A stretch of DNA of 63,996 nucleotides, counting the filler, from Sphacelaria rigidula (lineage: Eukaryota), in assembly GCA_964200075.2 (NCBI GenBank). It is 4 parts of 4 records of this genome, joined end to end, with 100 filler letters (N's around TTAATTAATTAA, not from the genome) between each part and the next. Parts side by side here need not be neighbours in the genome. Positions count along the whole stretch, not along the records: positions 48,426 to 63,996 come from CAXNAA020001693.1; 3 more parts are not named here. One strand, written 5' to 3'. Shown one piece after another: positions 61,901 through 63,996 of the stretch (within the stretch, counting starts at the first letter, position 1; the number at the start of each line of letters is the position of its first letter). The position numbers and the translations under genes were made by a program. Below the pieces are notes generated by a model that was given only the letters and a program-made list of their open reading frames with translations, was not told where the DNA came from and made no database searches.

Positions 61901-63996
61901 TATTGAGACGTCAAAACAAGAGGATAGTGTTGCCCGAAAAAGACGCAGAGAGAATTTTCCAGAGATGAAGTAACGGAGTGCGTGGCTAAACTCAAAAGCA
62001 GAAAGGCAGCAGGGGCAGACGAAATAGTGAATAAACTTCCAAAGTGTGGGGGAGACGGAGTGATTACCATGATGGTTATGCTGTATAAGCTGGATCTGGG
62101 AAAACGAGTACACACTCAAGAGGTGGAGAGAAGGAGTAGTCGTCAACCTTTTCAAAAAAGGAGACAAGACTGACCCAGGAAATGATAGAGGCTACTGAGC
62201 ACGGTAGGGAAAACATTCTGTAAGGTTCTGAACAATAAAGTAGGAACGGTCCTAGAGAAAGGAAGAGAATATCAGCAAGGGGTAAGCGGGGTTTAGACAA
62301 AACCGTAGTTGTGGAGACCATGTGTATACGCTAGGTAAGGTTATTCAGGGCAGGAAAAACACGGGCTGATAACGTACTGTTTCTTTCTGGACGTGCCAAA
62401 GGTTTATGACACAGTATGGAGAGATGGGTTGTGGGAAACGTTGTGGGGAACTGGGATCAGAGGAAATACGTGGAGAATGGTGAGGAAGATGACAGAATGC
62501 GCTCAAAATGCGATCATGATCGACGGGGAAATATCGCAATAATTTGATATCTTACAAGGAGTTGCACAAGGATGTACGTTATCACCGACTTTGTTCATGG
62601 TGTTTATTAATGACGTGATATTAGCAATAGAAGCAGCAAAGAGAGGAGTCAAGGTGGGTGAAGATATGGCATCAAGATTGATGTTCACAGATGATTTTGT
62701 GGGGTTCCAGAAACAGCAGAAGGATTACAGAGACAGATAGACAAGGCGCTAGAATACACTTGGAAATGGAGAGTGACAGCGAACGTTAACAAATGCGCGG
62801 TACTCGTCTATAGCGGAGATGAGAAAAATCCGGTAGAGTTCAAATGGAAGTGGGGGCAAGAGGAATTGTCGATCGTAGACCAGTATACATGCCTTGGTGT
62901 GAAGGTATAAAAAAAACTGTTCTTGGGATGCATACATGAGGTAATGGAAAAGGGTAAGATACAGGTAGGCAGAATGGACGTTATCCTCAGAGACCCGCAC
63001 CTTGACACTAGGATCAAGAGATGTATCCTGATGAACGTGATTGTACCAAAGCTGGGATATTCAGGAAACGTATGGGAGGGGAACGTGAACTTGGTTAAGA
63101 AGTTGGAAACAGTATGGATGACAGCAGCAAAGAAAATACTGGAATTCTCGAAAACGACGAGTAATACATCATCAAGAGCAGAGTTGGGAATGTACTCACT
63201 TGAAGCAAACTCAAACATGAGGAAATTGAGGTGGCAATATAGCGTAAGGAACATGCAGAGAAAGAGACTGCCAGCTATAGTTGATAAGGCTGTATGGAAG
63301 AAAAATTACGAAAGGGTGGGCTGGAATAAGGTGGGATAGAGAAGTCGAGAAAGTATGGAAGGAGATAGGAGGAAACCAAGACGAAATACTGTCCATACGT
63401 GAAGGCACGGTGTACAAGACAAAAGTAAGAAACATGATAGAAAGAGGAGAAAGAGGAGCGCTCAGTCGCAAAGTGCACGAGGAAGAACACTTGAAAATTT
63501 ACAGGGGGTTGAGAGAGGGGATAGGGACAAAAACATGTTTGCATAGCCCAATGGACGCGGCGAAAAGTTTCGAACTGCAATTTTGGGTTGGAGACCTGGA
63601 TATGCCAGAAAGAAAGAGATTTGCCAGTAGTAGTGTGGAGGAGGAAGTAGATGCACAGAACTGCCCCTGTGGCAAAGCAAAAGAGAGTAGAAGGCATACA
63701 GTGGCAGAATGTGAACTATACAAGGAGAAACGGGACGTGCCAGAGGGGGAAATGCAGGACGTGTATGGAGGTGGCATGAAATCGTTTGATGCATTAGACG
63801 GTCGGGAGAAAGCGGTGGCTATACTAGGAGATAGGTGGTGGCCACAGACGGCGAAACAAGACGGGGATAAGATACGTAAAATATTTTTGTGCCACACATG
63901 GAAGAAACGTAATGAGAACCTGAATGTTGGAGGTGTCTCTATTAGGAGTAGGAACGTTGCTCTGTCTCGAAAGGGATGCGTGGTCAATGGTCAAAC
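58921..63996 (+). mobile_element. Near full-length decayed LINE (copy C): 5' monomer, UTR, APE endonuclease, RT, CCHC finger
   Basis: Motifs in order: GSWNVCG, GFDARVG, TDH (APE); KAAGADEI, FKKGD..DPG, GVAQGCTLSPTLF, MFTDD (RT); CPCGKAKESRRHTVAEC (~63662-63713). Many stops and frameshifts. Confidence 0.92.

Overview
This is eukaryotic, repeat-rich DNA with long introns and TTAGGG-type repeats, most consistent with a brown alga (Phaeophyceae); the taxon is inferred. The window is not one locus. Three identical 100-nt linkers (N44-TTAATTAATTAA-N44) join four ~16-kb contigs. Contig 1 has exons of an Afi1/MesA (DENN-like) gene, MITEs and a LINE fragment split by a TA-flanked DNA transposon. Contig 2 has an 11-exon, 3'-truncated minus-strand gene for a protein of more than 1470 aa that is Q/G/P/Y-rich and prion-like, with tandem CCCH zinc fingers. 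Contig 3 has a LINE 5' end running into a 63-bp tandem array; the array is split by a 7.5-kb TIR element with a 7-bp TSD and followed by a decayed chromoviral Gypsy element. Contig 4 has a hAT-like element, a ~1-kb foldback, Cys-rich gene relics, a 378-bp mini-LTR element carrying a tRNA-like sequence, and a near full-length decayed LINE. The most interesting signals are the LINE family whose 5' end is a variable-copy monomer array, the tRNA-carrying mini-LTR element that shares its PBS with the Gypsy element, and the 7.5-kb P/hAT-like element with cargo.
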